A stretch of 39,203 bases of DNA, taken from assembly GCA_964354935.1 (NCBI GenBank), contig CAYHBT010000004.1, positions 1 to 39,203 on the forward strand. The letters run 5' to 3'. Origin of the DNA: an uncultured Candidatus Saccharibacteria bacterium (GTDB lineage Bacteria; Patescibacteriota; Minisyncoccia; Phycocordibacterales; UBA9973). The notes under the pieces were generated by a model. That model was not told where the DNA came from and did not search any database. It saw only the letters and a program-made list of their open reading frames with translations. This document shows positions 36,125-39,203 of the stretch, piece by piece. Within the stretch, counting starts at the first letter, position 1. Each line of letters begins with the position of its first letter. Position numbers and translations under genes: made by a program.

Positions 36125-37183
36125 ATGGATTATAAAGCAAAACTCGAAGAACTTATCTTGACCGTGATTCGCGAAGGCGGATCGGATTTGCATTTGGGCA
36201 CCAGCCGTGTGCCGGCTATTCGCGTATCGGGCGAGCTTATATTTCTAGTCAAACATCCGGTTTTTACTGAAGCCGACACCTTAGGCATTTTGGGTGAAGT
36301 TTTGGTAAAAGAAAAAATAACTCGATTTATGGAGACTCAAGAAGTTGATTTTTCTTACGATTTTCGCGGGGAAGCCAGATTGCGAGGCAATGCTTTTTTT
36401 CAGAAAGGTCTGATTTGCATAGTATTTAGATTGGTGCCGAAAGTGAAGACTATCGCGGAGTTGCACTTACCGGCTATTTTGGCTGATTTATCACGCAAAA
36501 AACAAGGTTTTTTCTTGGTAGTCGGTCCGGTCGGACAGGGGAAATCGACGACCCTCTCCGCAATGGTTGATCTCATCAATAATGAGCGAGCCTGCAACAT
36601 CATTACTATCGAAGATCCGATCGAGCATGTCTATGTGCCAAACAAATCCATCATCAATCAGCGCGAAGTCGGTATCGATACTTCGGATTTTCATATTGCC
36701 CTCAAATCGGTTTTTCGCGAAGATGTGAATGTGATAATGATCGGGGAAATGCGCAATCCGGAAACTATCGCGACTGCGGTAACGGCGGCGGAGACTGGGC
36801 ATTTAGTGCTTTCGACTCTGCACACCAACAACGCTTCGCAGACGATAGACCGAATCATCGATTCCTTTCCTGGAAATCAGCAAGACCAGATTCGCACCCA
36901 GCTCGCGTCTTCTCTCCTTGGTATTTTCTCCCAACGACTTATTCCTAGAATTACCGGAGGGCTTATTCCAGCTTATGAACTTCTCTTAAACAACAACGCC
37001 GTTTCAAATTTGATTCGCGAAAAACGCACACACGAAATAGATGTGGTCATCGAGACGGGTATGGAATCAGGAATGATTGATTTGAACCATTCGCTGATGG
37101 AGCTCGTGCGTGCCGGAGAAATTTCCATCGAAAATGCGCACCAGTATTCGCTTAACCCGAAAGGTCTTGAGAGAATGATGTAA
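36125..37183 (+). CDS. pilT: Type IV pilus retraction ATPase
   Basis: GSDLHL, GPVGQGKSTT, EDPIE, GEMR, AAETGHLV, AVSNLIRE. Confidence 0.93.
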   Translation: MDYKAKLEELILTVIREGGSDLHLGTSRVPAIRVSGELIFLVKHPVFTEADTLGILGEVLVKEKITRFMETQEVDFSYDFRGEARLRGNAFFQKGLICIVFRLVPKVKTIAELHLPAILADLSRKKQGFFLVVGPVGQGKSTTLSAMVDLINNERACNIITIEDPIEHVYVPNKSIINQREVGIDTSDFHIALKSVFREDVNVIMIGEMRNPETIATAVTAAETGHLVLSTLHTNNASQTIDRIIDSFPGNQQDQIRTQLASSLLGIFSQRLIPRITGGLIPAYELLLNNNAVSNLIREKRTHEIDVVIETGMESGMIDLNHSLMELVRAGEISIENAHQYSLNPKGLERMM

Positions 37184-37190
37184 AATAAGA

Positions 37191-37233
37191 CCACAGGTCA
37201 GACCTGTGGGATTCCCATAGGTCTGACCTGTGG
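37191..37233. repeat. REP-like palindrome doublet
   Basis: CCACAGGTC-A-GACCTGTGG followed by CCCATAGGTC-T-GACCTGTGG in inverted orientation; a related copy lies at 20904-20924. Confidence 0.7.
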
Positions 37234-37248
37234 AACGAAATAAAATAT

Positions 37249-38457
37249 ATGCTATTCAAATACAAAGCAATAGATGATGAAGGATCGAGCAAGACGGGCG
37301 AAATCGATGCGCCCAGCCGCGACATTGCCATCAGCGGTCTGCAAAGGCGCGGTTTGGTGATTATTTCGATTGAAAGCGAAAAAGAAAATCAATCCATTTT
37401 CTCGATTTCCTTTTTTGAAAAAGTGAAGACAAAAGATGTGGTGATTCTTTCCCGTCAGATTGCTACTTTGTTTGAATCTCAGGTTTCCGCGCTCAAAGCT
37501 TTCACCATACTTGCGACCAACACGGAAAATAAACTTTTAGGCAGGAAATTGAATCAAATTGGCGATGATTTGCAAGCTGGAATTTCCATTTCCGGCGCGC
37601 TCGCGAAACATCCGGATGTGTTTTCCAATTTCTATATAAATATGGTCAAGGTGGGAGAGGAGACAGGCAAACTAAACCAGACCTTTCTATATTTGTCTGA
37701 ATATTTAGATCGCCAGTATTCGCTGACTTCCAAGACTCGCAACGCGCTCATCTATCCGGTGTTCGTTATTTTTACTTTTTTGGTGGTGATGGGCTTGATG
37801 TTTGTGATTGTCATTCCGAAACTTTCCGCTATTATTCTAGATTCAGGTCAGACAGTGCCTTTTTACACAACGATTATTATTACAATTTCTAATTTTTTTG
37901 TGCATTATGGATTTTTGGTAATAATTTTCTTAATATTATTCGGCATTTGGCTTTGGAGAATGGCTTCCACCCCAAAAGGCAAAATATATCTCGATTCACT
38001 TAAGCTCTCATTGCCCGCAGCCGGCAATCTATACAAGAAGCTTTATCTTTCCAGAATTACCGACAACTTGAATACAATGCTTACTTCCGGTGTGCCAATC
38101 GTGCGAGCCATAGATATCACCGCCGAAGTGGTCGGCAGCCGAGTTTATGAAAATGTAATGGTAGATGTGGCAGATGCGGTCAAATCTGGCTTGGCACTCT
38201 CGGTGGCCTTTTCGAAACACAAAGCGGAAATCCCGAGTATTTTGTCGCAAATGGTGCTAGTGGGCGAGGAGACGGGTTCGATGGGGAGCATTTTAAAGAC
38301 TTTGACCGATTTCTACAAACGCGAAGTGGACGACGCTATCGACACATTGGTCGGGTTGATTGAGCCGGTGATGATCGTGGTTTTGGGTTTAGGCGTAGGA
38401 ATACTGCTCGTGTCTATCTTGATGCCTATATATAATCTAGCTGGAGGCATCAGTTAA
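37249..38457 (+). CDS. pilC: Type IV pilus platform protein (PilC/GspF)
   Basis: FKYKA, SRQIATL, GEETGKL, ALIYP, LIEP, ILMPIY. Confidence 0.93.
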   Translation: MLFKYKAIDDEGSSKTGEIDAPSRDIAISGLQRRGLVIISIESEKENQSIFSISFFEKVKTKDVVILSRQIATLFESQVSALKAFTILATNTENKLLGRKLNQIGDDLQAGISISGALAKHPDVFSNFYINMVKVGEETGKLNQTFLYLSEYLDRQYSLTSKTRNALIYPVFVIFTFLVVMGLMFVIVIPKLSAIILDSGQTVPFYTTIIITISNFFVHYGFLVIIFLILFGIWLWRMASTPKGKIYLDSLKLSLPAAGNLYKKLYLSRITDNLNTMLTSGVPIVRAIDITAEVVGSRVYENVMVDVADAVKSGLALSVAFSKHKAEIPSILSQMVLVGEETGSMGSILKTLTDFYKREVDDAIDTLVGLIEPVMIVVLGLGVGILLVSILMPIYNLAGGIS

Positions 38458-38610
38458 ATTAACCTCACCCCAGCCCTCTCCTTATTAAGGAGAGGGGGAA
38501 ATACAGGTGTGGATAACCCGCTTGCTCACTTTTTTATATCTATATGATACAATAAGCATATTAAAAATAAAAAATAAGTCGAAAGATTATTATTAAGTAA
38601 ATTATATATT

Positions 38611-39039
38611 ATGAAAAGAATGAATTTTAAAAAAGGTTTTACATTGATCGAACTCTTGGTCGTCGTCGCTATCATCGGTATTCTCGCTTCGGTTGTGCTT
38701 GCTTCTCTTAATACCGCGCGAGGTAAGGGTGCAGATGCGGCTGTTAAAGCAAACTTGGCAAATCTACGCGCTCAAGCTGAGATATTTTACGATGATACTG
38801 CTGGTGGTAACGGCACTTACACTGGTCTTTGTACAAATTCAACATTTGCTGCTGGGGTAGCTGCTGCTGGTTCTGCTGGTGCAGGTTCACAGGATTGTGA
38901 TGCTGATGATAATGAATGGGTTGTTTCTGCTAAAACAAAAACCGGCACTCCCGTATTTTGGTGTGTTGACTATAAAGGTAATTCAAAAGGAGAAGCCGCT
39001 GTTCATGCTCAAGTTAGTGGCTCTTACAACTGCCTTTAG
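38611..39039 (+). CDS. Type IV pilin
   Basis: KKG|FTLIELLVVVAIIGILASVV class III signal; four Cys. Confidence 0.92.
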   Translation: MKRMNFKKGFTLIELLVVVAIIGILASVVLASLNTARGKGADAAVKANLANLRAQAEIFYDDTAGGNGTYTGLCTNSTFAAGVAAAGSAGAGSQDCDADDNEWVVSAKTKTGTPVFWCVDYKGNSKGEAAVHAQVSGSYNCL

Positions 39040-39106
39040 TCTTGATAAAGTTATCTAAACTCAAAGACCACCCCGAGTTTACAGAGCTTTAGACTCTGCA
39101 ATATAT

Positions 39107-39143
39107 AAAAGAAAAAGTCATCTCAAAGATGGCTTTTTCTTTT
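39107..39143 (+). terminator. Intrinsic terminator after the pilin gene
   Basis: AAAAGAAAAAGTCATC-TCAAA-GATGGCTTTTTCTTTT. Confidence 0.7.
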
Positions 39144-39203
39144 CCACTCTTCAATTCAGAGCTTTAGACTCTGTTTTTTCAATATGATATACTTTCCAAA
39201 TGT

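Noticed and set aside
39082-39173. CRISPR array
   Set aside because: Only two 17-bp repeats, the spacer is a terminator, and there are no cas genes.
1-39203. Alternative genetic code (UGA=Gly, as in Gracilibacteria/Absconditabacteria)
   Set aside because: Long conserved genes are intact under code 11, and TGA ends ORFs at plausible positions (4384, avd).

Overview
Chromosomal window that is probably from a Patescibacteria/CPR (Parcubacteria-like) bacterium; this is inferred from gene content and from TATAAT boxes lying just before start codons. The main system is a complete diversity-generating retroelement (DGR). It has a target gene with a 3' variable repeat (19235-19338), a template repeat (19800-19903; all 13 TR/VR differences fall at TR adenines), an Avd gene on the opposite strand, and a DGR reverse transcriptase. 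A G9 tract puts the natural avd ATG one base out of frame, a candidate phase-variation switch. The window also has a cobalamin scavenging and use cluster (ECF S-component, class II RNR, PduO, cobalamin riboswitch, two transcobalamin-like exported proteins) and a small defence islet (MTase, REase, truncated DUF262, Panacea-type TA pair). Three tRNAs are present, two with rare anticodons (Ile-UAU, Ser-ACU). Also present: archaeal-type PEP carboxylase, a putative lipid-remodelling operon, recG, comF and a type IV pilus cluster. Several families of short palindromic or MITE-like elements are dispersed through the window, some inserted in frame inside genes. All calls come from motif recognition by eye; no database searches were run.
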